Source: a phage
Reading direction: 5' to 3' (one strand)
DNA length: 64,000 nucleotides
Assembly: GCA_029945195.1 (NCBI GenBank)
Contig: GCA_029945195.1_4117.1
Shown one piece after another: positions 1 to 10,493 of the stretch. The position numbers were made by a program, and so were the translations under genes. The stretch's first letter is position 1. Every line of letters starts with the position of its first letter. Below the pieces are notes generated by a model. It was not told the origin of the DNA, searched no databases, and was given only the letters and a program-made list of their open reading frames with translations.

Positions 1-1
1 T

Positions 2-2641
2 AAAAGAACAATTCAAGGAATAAATGAACAAGTTTTTGATTCCAACGGTAACTTGGAATTAGATACTTATTCCAGAGATGAAGTACTAGATATAGTAAGT
101 ATGATGCCAATCTCCCATTATGGTTCACAAAACTATCTACCTGCGGGTGTTTCTGGGGATTTCAATGGTGCATCAGAAAACCAGTCACAACGTAGAAATA
201 AAATTTTATTAGAAAACGATGGTACACTAGTACTTTTACGTAGTGGGACAAACGGTAGTGTTGAGGGATTATTTTATTCATATTTGGCTAACGCATTATC
301 AGTTGATGACATGAGCCGTACAATTAACACTAGTCGTCAATACAAGCCTGGGTTTTTTGGTTCAAATAGAGTTGCGATTGGTTTATACAATACTGATCCA
401 AATATTTTACTCGGTAGATATATTGATACTTCTAACAGTACTAATGGTTTGTTCATATCAATTACCAATGGTACATTAGATGATAAATTGCATACTGGTT
501 TTTTCGTTAACCAAGCAGATATATCACCTGAAGGTGGTATTGAATATGCTATGATGGCAGAAGATGGTTCTATATATGTTTTTAACGTACTTAATGAAAA
601 TAACCAACTACAATTAGTTGTTGTAAAAGTTGTTTATAATATAAGCAATGGTACTTATACTGCAACTCGAATTACTGGATGGACTACTAAAACATTTTAT
701 AACACGACATATTCTGCACAAAATAATATGGTTATTACTAATCAGGTAACATCAACAAATATTGCTGATAAACCTTATGTGTATGTTCCACAAAATCTAC
801 GTGGTATTGGGATTTACATGACATCAATTGATTTATATGTTGCACAGCAGCCAGGAACGCAGAATTTCCGCTTTAGAATGAACGGGGACGCTTGGTTTAC
901 AATGGCAACATATAATACACGTCCACAGCATAGTTACAGTTTTGTGTTCAATATGAGTACTAAACAATGTACATTAGATGCGGGTAACGATATTGGTTCA
1001 TATCAAGCACCATTAGTTATAACTAATACTGGTTCGGCATTAGTTCCTACTGGTAACGTTTTAAATAACGATCCATTGTATAACCATGCAAATGCAAGAA
1101 ACATTTATAGTTCATATTTTTATTTGAATTCTGGTGAAGCTTTTTGTACTACATGTCCAAACTTAGCAGAACCATTACTTATGCAAAAAGCTAAGTTTCC
1201 TATTCAAATAGTTTATAGTATGCTGAATGTCCGTGCTGTACTTTCTACTGACTTCAAAGGTGGTATAGTTCGCCCGTCTTTTGGTTCAGCGGTTGGTTCA
1301 TTTATTAATGGTGTAGAATTACTACCAGATAACAGTACTAAACAATATTCACGTGCATCAGGTAGTGGTGGATTTAGACCATCATATGCAGTTCATAAAA
1401 GTACTCCTAATTTTACATTTAAATCATTATCTTTAGGAACAATACAAGGTTATGAACCTACAGTTGAACGTGCTAATGTTGATGATAATGCAAATAATAG
1501 AATTTTTATTAGTAGTATTTCTGGGTCAACTGTCACAACCAATGGTGGTATTTTTATGGTTGGGCAACGTTATTCACAATCATTATCCTATGATAAAAAC
1601 TTAAATGGCACAGGAATTATAAGCGTTACACAATCAGTACTGGACAATTTTAGAAATACTGAATATGCCAAAGTTCTAAGTGATTGGAATTTATCAGCAC
1701 AAGCATACCGTGATATGACACTATTTGTTCCACAACAAACAGACATTCCAGCTTTTGTTATGTTGAGTACAATTACTAATGATTATAGAAACTATATTAG
1801 AATTGCTGAAGTTAATGTCAATACTAGAGTTGGTAATATTACATCTATTACATTTAAGCGTTTAGTACTTGAGAATACGTATGGTGATAACTTTACACCA
1901 ACTGGGAATGGTTCGATTGCATCTTCTTCTGTTGGTTTGACCATATATGATGGTGGTTCATTCTACTTCATTGGTGGTTCTGACCCATTATCACATCCAA
2001 CAATAGGTAATACTGCAACTCATCAATTTAGAGCATATGTAACTAAATCAACTGCACAATTTACAAGTTTTATAATTACTGGATCTCATGCCAGTTATGA
2101 ACAAGGAAGTCAACCAGCAGCATTACCTGGTATTGGTTTTGGAATTTTTGAACCAATGGATTACTCAAATAAAATGACATTCAAAAAATATGGAACAACG
2201 ATTGCAGACTATAATAACTGGACTGCACAAGGTAGCCCAATTAACGTAGTATCCCAGGACGTTGCTCAAGGGTTTATTGTATATTTTACAGAGGAAACAC
2301 CAGTTATTCTTTCAGGTAAGTCATTTTCACTACCAGTTTCAAATATTGATTTGAGAACTATTAAGTCTAATCCAGCAAATACAACATTTTATGTATATGT
2401 TAAATTGGAACAAGGATTGGCAAACTATTACATAACTACTGATGTTATTTCTGAAACAGGGACAACTGCATATAATATTTTTTGGATAGGTACAATTCAA
2501 ACTAATGCAATTCAAATCGAAACAATTAATATACAAAAACGTTCCCGTTTAGATATATTTGGTGCTTCACTTGAATCAGCAGGTTCATCGTTCCCAGTTA
2601 GCTACGGTCTACCATCACAAACAGGAACCATAAACTGGTAA
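2..2641 (+). CDS. Large hypothetical protein, family A paralog (5' partial; reading frame open from window start)
   Basis: Frame is open from nt 2 with no upstream stop; N-terminal region and C-terminus (SFPVSYGLPSQTGTINW) are shared with the 3257..5986 product. Confidence 0.7.
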   Translation, partial: KRTIQGINEQVFDSNGNLELDTYSRDEVLDIVSMMPISHYGSQNYLPAGVSGDFNGASENQSQRRNKILLENDGTLVLLRSGTNGSVEGLFYSYLANALSVDDMSRTINTSRQYKPGFFGSNRVAIGLYNTDPNILLGRYIDTSNSTNGLFISITNGTLDDKLHTGFFVNQADISPEGGIEYAMMAEDGSIYVFNVLNENNQLQLVVVKVVYNISNGTYTATRITGWTTKTFYNTTYSAQNNMVITNQVTSTNIADKPYVYVPQNLRGIGIYMTSIDLYVAQQPGTQNFRFRMNGDAWFTMATYNTRPQHSYSFVFNMSTKQCTLDAGNDIGSYQAPLVITNTGSALVPTGNVLNNDPLYNHANARNIYSSYFYLNSGEAFCTTCPNLAEPLLMQKAKFPIQIVYSMLNVRAVLSTDFKGGIVRPSFGSAVGSFINGVELLPDNSTKQYSRASGSGGFRPSYAVHKSTPNFTFKSLSLGTIQGYEPTVERANVDDNANNRIFISSISGSTVTTNGGIFMVGQRYSQSLSYDKNLNGTGIISVTQSVLDNFRNTEYAKVLSDWNLSAQAYRDMTLFVPQQTDIPAFVMLSTITNDYRNYIRIAEVNVNTRVGNITSITFKRLVLENTYGDNFTPTGNGSIASSSVGLTIYDGGSFYFIGGSDPLSHPTIGNTATHQFRAYVTKSTAQFTSFIITGSHASYEQGSQPAALPGIGFGIFEPMDYSNKMTFKKYGTTIADYNNWTAQGSPINVVSQDVAQGFIVYFTEETPVILSGKSFSLPVSNIDLRTIKSNPANTTFYVYVKLEQGLANYYITTDVISETGTTAYNIFWIGTIQTNAIQIETINIQKRSRLDIFGASLESAGSSFPVSYGLPSQTGTINW

Positions 2642-2652
2642 AGGATTACATA

Positions 2653-3240
2653 ATGGCATATAAAATAAGAGCAGACCTTAAGGCAATGCAACAAGTTACA
2701 GTTCAGGGTAAAAGTACTGGTCTTGGTGTATTAGGTAATAATATGACTTATTACCCAACAAATTCAAATGGGGAATGTACATTCCCCTCTATTACCAAAG
2801 ATGAAGTTAACTTTATTGTCAATGGATTACCACTTACACAATACGGAGAATTGTATGATGACGCTAGTCTAAATATTACTTCATCAGGCTATAGTCTTAC
2901 ATTTAATAGACAGATACCATCATTTATTGGTGGTTATCTTTATAAATTTCCAGCAGTTTCTATTTTTGCTTCAACTGTTTCATCTGGAACACAAACACAA
3001 TACGTATATGCAACGTTAGTTCTCGGTGAACCAATTTATAAAATATCACCAACACAAATACAAGAATCTGAAATTATAATGTTTATTGGAACACTGACCG
3101 TTGGTACAAGTGGTATTACAAATATAAACATTAATAAAGTATCCAGATTTAGTACATATAGACCTAGTGTTACACAAAAAGGTTCTTCATTCCCAGTCAG
3201 TACTGGAAAACCATCAGAAACTGGTACAATTGGTTGGTAA
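2653..3240 (+). CDS. Hypothetical protein, short family A paralog (shares C-terminal module)
   Basis: ATG start 12 nt after upstream stop; C-terminus RFSTYRPSVTQKGSSFPVSTGKPSETGTIGW matches the ends of both flanking large proteins. Confidence 0.6.
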   Translation: MAYKIRADLKAMQQVTVQGKSTGLGVLGNNMTYYPTNSNGECTFPSITKDEVNFIVNGLPLTQYGELYDDASLNITSSGYSLTFNRQIPSFIGGYLYKFPAVSIFASTVSSGTQTQYVYATLVLGEPIYKISPTQIQESEIIMFIGTLTVGTSGITNININKVSRFSTYRPSVTQKGSSFPVSTGKPSETGTIGW

Positions 3241-3256
3241 ATTAAGGAAAAGAAAG

Positions 3257-5986
3257 ATGTCATCAAAACGAATTATAGGAAGTGCCGAGATCCTTGGGAA
3301 CTTGGCAATTGGACAAAGGTACGCTATGCGTACTTTTAATGGAACCTCACCGAATGCCAATACTGGAATTGTTCAATATCCAATATATAAGCGTTCAGAA
3401 GTTCAAAGTATTTTAGATATGTTGCCTATATCACGTGTAGGAGAAATGGATTACTTACCATTAAACGTAAGTGGGTCGTATGAAGGTGCTACACCTATGT
3501 CAAGTGACCAAGTAGTTCAGCCAACAATTATTGAAGATGATGGAACCGCCGTTGTTCTGCGTAGCGGAACCAATGGTAGTACTAAAGGTTTTTATTATTC
3601 ATTTATACGAGAACTCCGAAATATAACTATGATTTCACAAGAAAGTGTTATTTCAACCAATTCAATGTATAAACCTTCAATTATGAGTAGTACTGAAAAT
3701 ATTAAGTATTTTATTGGCTCTAATGGTTATGAGATGCTTGGATGTTTAAGTACTGAAGATAATTATATTTTTACTATAACCAATGGCACATTTAACGAAA
3801 TATCACATATTCATGCTAAAGTGCCAAGTACTTCTTTTGGTAATGATATGCCAATATATACACATATTGTTGGGACAAAGGTTTATATTTGGTGTAAAGA
3901 TAAAAGTGTTTCTAATTTAGGATTAGCACTTTCAATTTATACAGTAGAGCTAAGTGATGTGAAAGCAAGCTCAATGGAATCATTAACAAAAGTTACTGGG
4001 TTATCAGGTCAAACTGTTCGAAACACAAGTTATTCTGCATCTAATAACATAAGAGTGTTCGATAAATTATATAGTGTTGGTACTAGCTCGGATTCATTAT
4101 TCGAAGTTACATCACCAGTATCACGTGTAGAATTTTCAGACTATACAGACTTTAACATTCAAGCCAACGTTAGTCCTGATTTATCAAAAATACGTGTAAC
4201 TTTATATCCAACACATCGAATGGTTACACCTTTGTATATTTCAACAGTTTATGGTACTGGAATAAGTTTTGTTTATAATATAAACTCAAAATCTATGTCA
4301 CTAGATGGTAGTGCTCGTGCACCTGCAACTGTTTCATATAATAATGGATTTCAAGTTTCTAACCCATTTGAAATTAATATGGTCAACTTCACAGGGACAA
4401 CTGCTGCTGGTGTATTAGGAAACGCAGGTGGTTTATGTCAAACTAAAGATGGTTTGGTATTTGCATCTAAATTTAGATGGAGTTCAACTGAATTTTATGG
4501 TCTACAACGATATAAGGTTAGTGGTACACCGTTTGATTCATGGGTTGCCAGTACTAGAACCGCAAGTAACGTTATAAATGCAAACGTTTTACCAGTTTTT
4601 GGTAGTGCTGTTGGTGCAAACCTTTTAGGTGTACGTTTCATCGATAATAGAAAAATATTATTAGCATGTTCTGGTACGTATGATGATGTAACATATAATT
4701 ATAATAATACTGTTTTTTCTGAAATAGGTTCACAACCAACATATCAATATAACTCAGTTCAAAATAATACTACATTAAATGGTTTTGCACCACAATCTAA
4801 TCGTAAACAAATAGGCGATGATTTTACATACACTGCTATGATTTCTCTTGTTGATACCGATGGTAGTGTTAGATGCTATGGAACATCATTCATTGAAGGT
4901 GTATATAAAACAAGTGGTGGATTATTAAACCCAGATACTTTAGAATTTGATGAAACATATACAATAGAACCAACGGTATTAGAATCATTAAAACAAGATA
5001 TTTTTGCTAATATAGGAAACTCTGGCATTGTTGGCACACTATCTGGACAAATTGTATTATATTATGTACCTGATAATACTTTTTCTAAATCCATCGCAGT
5101 AGTTTCAGCATATAATCTTAACAATAACCAAGGTTATGCAATCTATGCCGAAGTTGATGTTGTATTATCTGGAACTAACATAACTTCAGCTACATTGGTG
5201 AGTACTAGATATGAGACACTTAGTTCTGTTACAGGAATTATTACTGAAGCATATATGAAACGTTGTACTGGTCTAACAGTTGCAAAATATTCAGGATTTG
5301 GTTACATTGGTGTTGATGCTGTTCATCAATTTTCACAACCAGGTAATGCACAATTTAAGATGATGATAGCTAAAACAGTAGATGGTGTCATAACATCAAA
5401 TCGTTTTTTATCATCTAGTTACATCCAACTTGGTGCAGCATATCAACATGGTGTTATTCCTGGTGTTGGTTTTGGATATTACAATTTTCAAGATTCTGAC
5501 TATCAAACCAAATCTGTATTCAGCGTTTTTGGTACAACATCTGCTGAAATGGATGGTTTAATTAGTGGAAATGGTAGCGTTAAAGAAAAGATTGTGGTAG
5601 TATCACAAGACGTTGCACAAGGATTCTCAGTGTACTTTACACGTGAAGTTCCGGTGTTTTTAGGTGGAATTTTCGACAGACTACCTATACAAAGTGTTGA
5701 TTTAAGTACTGTAAAAAGTAACCCAGCTAATACTACGTTCTATTTGTATATACAAATGAACAGGAATACTAAGAAAGCGTCATATGTTATTAGTACTGAA
5801 ACAATTGATGAATCTTTAACTAGCACTTACATTGGTAAGATAGTTACTGGAACTTCAGGAATAACTTCAATTGATACAGAAAAAGTAACTCGTTTTTTGA
5901 CATATCGTCCAAGTACAACGAAACGTGGTTCAGCGATACCTGCCAGTACTGGTGTACCATCAGGTCCAGGTACACGTTGGAAATAA
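3257..5986 (+). CDS. Large hypothetical protein, family A paralog
   Basis: ATG at 3257 preceded by AAGGAAAAG; the track start at 3167 lies inside the upstream gene; conserved N-terminal (LPIS..YLP..VSG, VVLRSGTNGS) and C-terminal modules. Confidence 0.7.
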   Translation: MSSKRIIGSAEILGNLAIGQRYAMRTFNGTSPNANTGIVQYPIYKRSEVQSILDMLPISRVGEMDYLPLNVSGSYEGATPMSSDQVVQPTIIEDDGTAVVLRSGTNGSTKGFYYSFIRELRNITMISQESVISTNSMYKPSIMSSTENIKYFIGSNGYEMLGCLSTEDNYIFTITNGTFNEISHIHAKVPSTSFGNDMPIYTHIVGTKVYIWCKDKSVSNLGLALSIYTVELSDVKASSMESLTKVTGLSGQTVRNTSYSASNNIRVFDKLYSVGTSSDSLFEVTSPVSRVEFSDYTDFNIQANVSPDLSKIRVTLYPTHRMVTPLYISTVYGTGISFVYNINSKSMSLDGSARAPATVSYNNGFQVSNPFEINMVNFTGTTAAGVLGNAGGLCQTKDGLVFASKFRWSSTEFYGLQRYKVSGTPFDSWVASTRTASNVINANVLPVFGSAVGANLLGVRFIDNRKILLACSGTYDDVTYNYNNTVFSEIGSQPTYQYNSVQNNTTLNGFAPQSNRKQIGDDFTYTAMISLVDTDGSVRCYGTSFIEGVYKTSGGLLNPDTLEFDETYTIEPTVLESLKQDIFANIGNSGIVGTLSGQIVLYYVPDNTFSKSIAVVSAYNLNNNQGYAIYAEVDVVLSGTNITSATLVSTRYETLSSVTGIITEAYMKRCTGLTVAKYSGFGYIGVDAVHQFSQPGNAQFKMMIAKTVDGVITSNRFLSSSYIQLGAAYQHGVIPGVGFGYYNFQDSDYQTKSVFSVFGTTSAEMDGLISGNGSVKEKIVVVSQDVAQGFSVYFTREVPVFLGGIFDRLPIQSVDLSTVKSNPANTTFYLYIQMNRNTKKASYVISTETIDESLTSTYIGKIVTGTSGITSIDTEKVTRFLTYRPSTTKRGSAIPASTGVPSGPGTRWK

Positions 5987-6053
5987 ATTTAAAGCTCGTC
6001 TATTGACGGGCTTTTCTTTTATGTGTATAATTGAATAAAAATAGGAGGAAATT

Positions 6054-6620
6054 ATGGTCAAAACTTTATTACCACCACCAAAACGTCACAAAATCAAAGA
6101 AATGAAAGAACAACGTACATTAAAGATGTACAACAATTTAGTTAAGTTACTGTGTAAAAGTCCATCGCTCAAAGCAGAGTTTAAAACTGATGATGACCGT
6201 AAAGCACTAATTGAGATGAAATATATGCTCAGTAAAATGTCCTTTTACAAATTTGTAAAAGAATACGCATCTGACCCATTTAGTCCTCGTTGGAGAGCCA
6301 AACCAAGAGAGTATTTTTACGGTGGTTCATATACAGATCGCATTCAAGACACAGTGATGGGAGTTGAATTTGAAATCGATTATGAGCCGAATGGTGAGGA
6401 AATCTTGCAGATTGAGAAACGTTTACCAAGTGAAGAAGAAATTTATGTTTATGCAAGAAAACTTTCAAATTACAGTTCAAGAATTACTCTAGGCAATTTA
6501 GATTCATTAATTATTTTCTATACACGTGTTGGTGTAGATAAGATGGTAACTAAACTCAATGAACTTTCATTACAACAAAAACAGATTAATGCATACAAAG
6601 ACATTACTGATTTATACTAA
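6054..6620 (+). CDS. Hypothetical protein, family B tandem paralog 1
   Basis: AGGAGG SD before ATG; shares KSPSLK...D.DR..L...KY.LSK motif with the next two genes. Confidence 0.65.
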   Translation: MVKTLLPPPKRHKIKEMKEQRTLKMYNNLVKLLCKSPSLKAEFKTDDDRKALIEMKYMLSKMSFYKFVKEYASDPFSPRWRAKPREYFYGGSYTDRIQDTVMGVEFEIDYEPNGEEILQIEKRLPSEEEIYVYARKLSNYSSRITLGNLDSLIIFYTRVGVDKMVTKLNELSLQQKQINAYKDITDLY

Positions 6621-6626
6621 TGAGGA

Positions 6627-7148
6627 ATGGATATGTTTTTTGGATCAGTTGGAAAACAAAACAGTACTTTAATTTGGCATGAAATTATCTTCAAAATTAT
6701 ATCTAAAAGCTACTCACTAAAGGATATTATCACCACAGATAATGATAGACGTATCCTGTTAGATGCAAAATATAAATTGAGCAAACACCCTTTACTTTCT
6801 TTAATCATTGATTACGTTAATGATTATGAATCTAGTCGTTGGAAGTGGGAAGACGGCGGTTTATTTCGTGGAAAAACATTCTACGGTGCGGAACGATATG
6901 TTTTCAGTGATGCATCAAATGGCGTTAAGTTTGTTATTAGAAACTTTAACTCCAAAGAAAATGATTATCTTGAAAGTGGAGTGAAAGTATATATCGATAA
7001 TAATAGCAATGTCCTAACATATGACGAATCACTAATTATGTTACAAATAATGCGTGGTGTTGAAGGTGTAAGAAACAACCTTACTAAATTGAAAATCCAG
7101 CAAAATGATATACATAATAGACAGAAAATTAAGGGTTTATATAAATGA
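6627..7148 (+). CDS. Hypothetical protein, family B tandem paralog 2
   Basis: Same N-terminal motif; start may instead be ATG 6633, which has better SD spacing. Confidence 0.6.
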   Translation: MDMFFGSVGKQNSTLIWHEIIFKIISKSYSLKDIITTDNDRRILLDAKYKLSKHPLLSLIIDYVNDYESSRWKWEDGGLFRGKTFYGAERYVFSDASNGVKFVIRNFNSKENDYLESGVKVYIDNNSNVLTYDESLIMLQIMRGVEGVRNNLTKLKIQQNDIHNRQKIKGLYK

Positions 7149-7654
7149 TTTCATTTTTCAAAAAGAAACAAAAAGTTGATGAAACAGGATTAGAATCGTT
7201 TCTATGGACTCTTATCATCAAAAAAAGTCCATTGATAAAAGAATATGCTATCAATGATGCTAATAGAAAAACTATCATTGAATACAAATACGAATTATCA
7301 AAATGTGATCCAATCGTTTATCACTTTGCGAAGTACTGTTCAAAAAATTTATCGGATATCACAATAGACCATGAGTCAGTTCCAATGAGCTTTCCTTATG
7401 GTGATTGGGTAGATACTTTTGATATTTTTGATGGGTCCAATGGATTCAGTTTCTTTTACTCGTCAAATAAAGCAAATGTTCGTATTAAAACAGAGATAGG
7501 TTGGGCACAGCATAGCTCAAATAAAGAAGATTATAATTTACTAGCTGACGTATACCGAAGTGTGAAGAATTCAAAGGATATTGATGAAAGAATTAAAAAG
7601 CAAAATCGTATTTCTTTATCACTTGAAACATACAAGTCAAAGTATGGTGGTTAA
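7145..7654 (+). CDS. Hypothetical protein, family B tandem paralog 3
   Basis: Start overlaps upstream stop (ATGA); same motif. Confidence 0.6.
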   Translation: MISFFKKKQKVDETGLESFLWTLIIKKSPLIKEYAINDANRKTIIEYKYELSKCDPIVYHFAKYCSKNLSDITIDHESVPMSFPYGDWVDTFDIFDGSNGFSFFYSSNKANVRIKTEIGWAQHSSNKEDYNLLADVYRSVKNSKDIDERIKKQNRISLSLETYKSKYGG

Positions 7655-7656
7655 CG

Positions 7657-8058
7657 ATGACTACAGTTGATGATATCTACAGCACTATACGCAATATGAG
7701 TACAGATAGAAAAGTATTTGGTGATAAAGAAAAATCTAAGTGTTATGGTATTGATTCTTTTGATATAATTTCTTATGAGTACAACACGAGTGGAAATAGT
7801 TCACTGAATATCGTCTGCCCTCGTGACCCAGAAAATAATTTTATGTATGTTGAAATTAATAATGATGGAATATTTTTTACAAAAGTTTTTAAAGGTGGAA
7901 TTAATTACGAACCAATTGAATGTATGAATGAAGAAACTTTCTTTCAAGAAGATACAATTATCAATTTAGGTTTTAGTTTTGATGATTATAAAACATTAGA
8001 ACATGACTTTAATCGTTATTATAACGGTTTCTTAAAGGAGTTAACAATTTATCTATGA
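7657..8058 (+). CDS. Hypothetical protein
   Basis: ORF tightly packed between neighbours; start overlaps upstream end. Confidence 0.5.
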   Translation: MTTVDDIYSTIRNMSTDRKVFGDKEKSKCYGIDSFDIISYEYNTSGNSSLNIVCPRDPENNFMYVEINNDGIFFTKVFKGGINYEPIECMNEETFFQEDTIINLGFSFDDYKTLEHDFNRYYNGFLKELTIYL

Positions 8059-10325
8059 ATAACCAATATGTTGAACAAACAATAGTGAAACACTTGGCTG
8101 GGTCACAAGCCTACGGAACCAGTACACCTGAAAGTGATACTGATTATCGTGGTATTTTTCTTGCTAATAAAGAATTTATTCTTACGCCATTCTATAAGGT
8201 CAAAGAAGTAGCTGATAAAAATGAAGAAGATACTAAATTCTATGAGTTAAATCAGTATTTAAAATTATACACTGAAGCCAACCCTAATATATTGGAATCA
8301 CTATGGGTCGAACCAGAACACATTGTAGAAAGTACTGAGATTTATGACTATCTTCGTTCATTTAACCAAAAACTTCTTAGTTCCAAGATTGCATTTTCAT
8401 ACACTGGATATGCATATAATCAGATTAAGCGTATGACAAATCATCACGGTTGGATGGATAAAGAGCGTATTGCTGAAAAACGATTAAATGAGATTTTAGA
8501 AGAACACCCTGTCGATGAGGTTCTTGCGTGGATGTATGATTCATTCCCACAGTATCTTGTTGAACGTTTAGATACATCCAACTTACATCCATTTAATGCT
8601 AAAAAGATTGATTTTGAAAAATATATGCGTGATACGTCATTGCAGTTAGTTTCGAAAAATCCATTAAAGCAATATCATTTTGTAAGATTAGTGCATAACT
8701 ACACTACTGAAAAAATTCTTGATCGTGATTTCAATTTATTGAATTTTAATAATGGTTATGAACTAATTCATTACGGAGAAAACATTTTTGCGATTATTAA
8801 AAATCCGAATGAAAGCACTATCAACGGTGATGGATCATTGCGTTATTTTTCTAAAGAGCGTAGTACTGAAGAGTTGAAAACTAAACCAGAACTAATTGTC
8901 AAATTTAACGAAAAAGAATATCAGGAAAATAGTGAGAATAGGAAAAGTTATCATAAATGGAAAGAAAATCGTAATGCCAAACGTGCTATTTTAGAATCAC
9001 AACACGGATACGACTGTTATAGTTTTGATACTGAATTCTTAACTAAAGATGGTTGGAAATTATTTGACGACATCACTGATAAAGATCTATTAGCGACTTT
9101 TGATAAAAATCACAAAATAGAGTATCAAAAATACACAGAACGTTTTGATAATTTATACAATGGAAATCTTTACCATTTCACTGGTCATCACCAAGATACG
9201 TTAGTGACTGCAAATCACAGAATGTATGTTAAGAATTATGCACGTAATCAGCAAAAAGATATGTCAGAATGGCAATTTGTTGAAGCAGCACAATTAAAAG
9301 AAACTTATAAAATTTTGAATACATTATCTCCAATAACAAAGGAATATAAAGATAAAAAAAGCCCAATTGACTATATGGATATCAAAGTTTATCTTCAACT
9401 GATGGGATGGTTTCTTTCAGATGGTAGTATAAGTTTTAGAGATGGAAAAGTAAAATCATTATACATTTCACAATCAAAAGCCAGTCCTGGTATGCGTTGT
9501 GCTTTATCAAAATACAAACAATCTGGACAAATGATATTTCAGGAATACATTAACGAAAGAAAAGATTACCAATCAAATGATGAATCAAGATTTGTATTTC
9601 CACGTGAAGTGGCTGAAGCATTATATAATGATTGTGGGCATGGATCATATAATAAAAGAATTCCAAATTGGGCATTTGATTTAACAAAACGAAAAATGGA
9701 TTTTCTGCTAAAAGGTTTGTTGCAAGGTGATGGTACAAAACGTAATTTGGTCAATCATGATGACACATATGTATATTATACTGCTAATTCATTATTAGCT
9801 GATGATGTTCAAAAACTAGCATTACTGTGCGGTTATGAAACATCGAAATGGGGACCATACACAAACGAAACTAATTTTGGTTATATTGAAATGTATCAAG
9901 TTCATATCAATATGAAACCTAAATCAGAAAAAATAAACATGAAACAAAATCTTGAAAAAATTCCAGTAACTAACTACAGAACTGTTTGTTTTTCAGTTCC
10001 GAACGGTACACTGGTTACTCGTAGAAATGGTAAAACTGCATTACATGGAAACTGTAAACATGCTATGCACACAATCCGACTTTTGAATAGTGCAGAAGAA
10101 GCATTACAAAGTGGAATTATTCAAGTTAAACGACCAGATGCACAAATGTTGATGGATATTCGTAATGGTAAATGGAAGTATGAAGAAGTCTTAGAATATT
10201 TCGATGATAAAGTACAATACATTCGTGATGTTCTATATAAGAAATCAGTACTTCCTAAAAAACCAAACATCAAGTTAGCATCAAAAATTATCATTGATAT
10301 TAGAGAAATGCAATGGTATAAGTAA
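8055..10325 (+). CDS. Pol-beta-superfamily nucleotidyltransferase (RNA-repair-type) interrupted by an intein
   Basis: N-terminal GSQAYGTSTPESDTDYRGIF matches the GS...SD.D nucleotidyltransferase motif; an internal ~346-aa insert carries intein and LAGLIDADG blocks. Confidence 0.7.
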   Translation: MNNQYVEQTIVKHLAGSQAYGTSTPESDTDYRGIFLANKEFILTPFYKVKEVADKNEEDTKFYELNQYLKLYTEANPNILESLWVEPEHIVESTEIYDYLRSFNQKLLSSKIAFSYTGYAYNQIKRMTNHHGWMDKERIAEKRLNEILEEHPVDEVLAWMYDSFPQYLVERLDTSNLHPFNAKKIDFEKYMRDTSLQLVSKNPLKQYHFVRLVHNYTTEKILDRDFNLLNFNNGYELIHYGENIFAIIKNPNESTINGDGSLRYFSKERSTEELKTKPELIVKFNEKEYQENSENRKSYHKWKENRNAKRAILESQHGYDCYSFDTEFLTKDGWKLFDDITDKDLLATFDKNHKIEYQKYTERFDNLYNGNLYHFTGHHQDTLVTANHRMYVKNYARNQQKDMSEWQFVEAAQLKETYKILNTLSPITKEYKDKKSPIDYMDIKVYLQLMGWFLSDGSISFRDGKVKSLYISQSKASPGMRCALSKYKQSGQMIFQEYINERKDYQSNDESRFVFPREVAEALYNDCGHGSYNKRIPNWAFDLTKRKMDFLLKGLLQGDGTKRNLVNHDDTYVYYTANSLLADDVQKLALLCGYETSKWGPYTNETNFGYIEMYQVHINMKPKSEKINMKQNLEKIPVTNYRTVCFSVPNGTLVTRRNGKTALHGNCKHAMHTIRLLNSAEEALQSGIIQVKRPDAQMLMDIRNGKWKYEEVLEYFDDKVQYIRDVLYKKSVLPKKPNIKLASKIIIDIREMQWYK
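9015..10052 (+). mobile_element. Intein with LAGLIDADG homing-endonuclease domain (boundaries approximate)
   Basis: Begins at Cys (CYSFDTEFLTKDGW, block A); TANH (block B); two LAGLIDADG-like motifs LMGWFLSDGSI and LLKGLLQGDGT; C-terminal ...VCFSVPNGTLV...ALHGN followed by Cys +1. Confidence 0.65.
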
Positions 10326-10493
10326 CATATACAAGTGTAATGGTACTAAAAATGCCATTACACTCAATAAATACTCAATATAAATTAACACAAGGATTAA
10401 GTATGGCACAACAAATTTTCACAGATATCCACACTACCGGAGTTATTAAATTTCAAAATAATTTTTCAGGTGCAACTGGTGTAGACATTAAAA

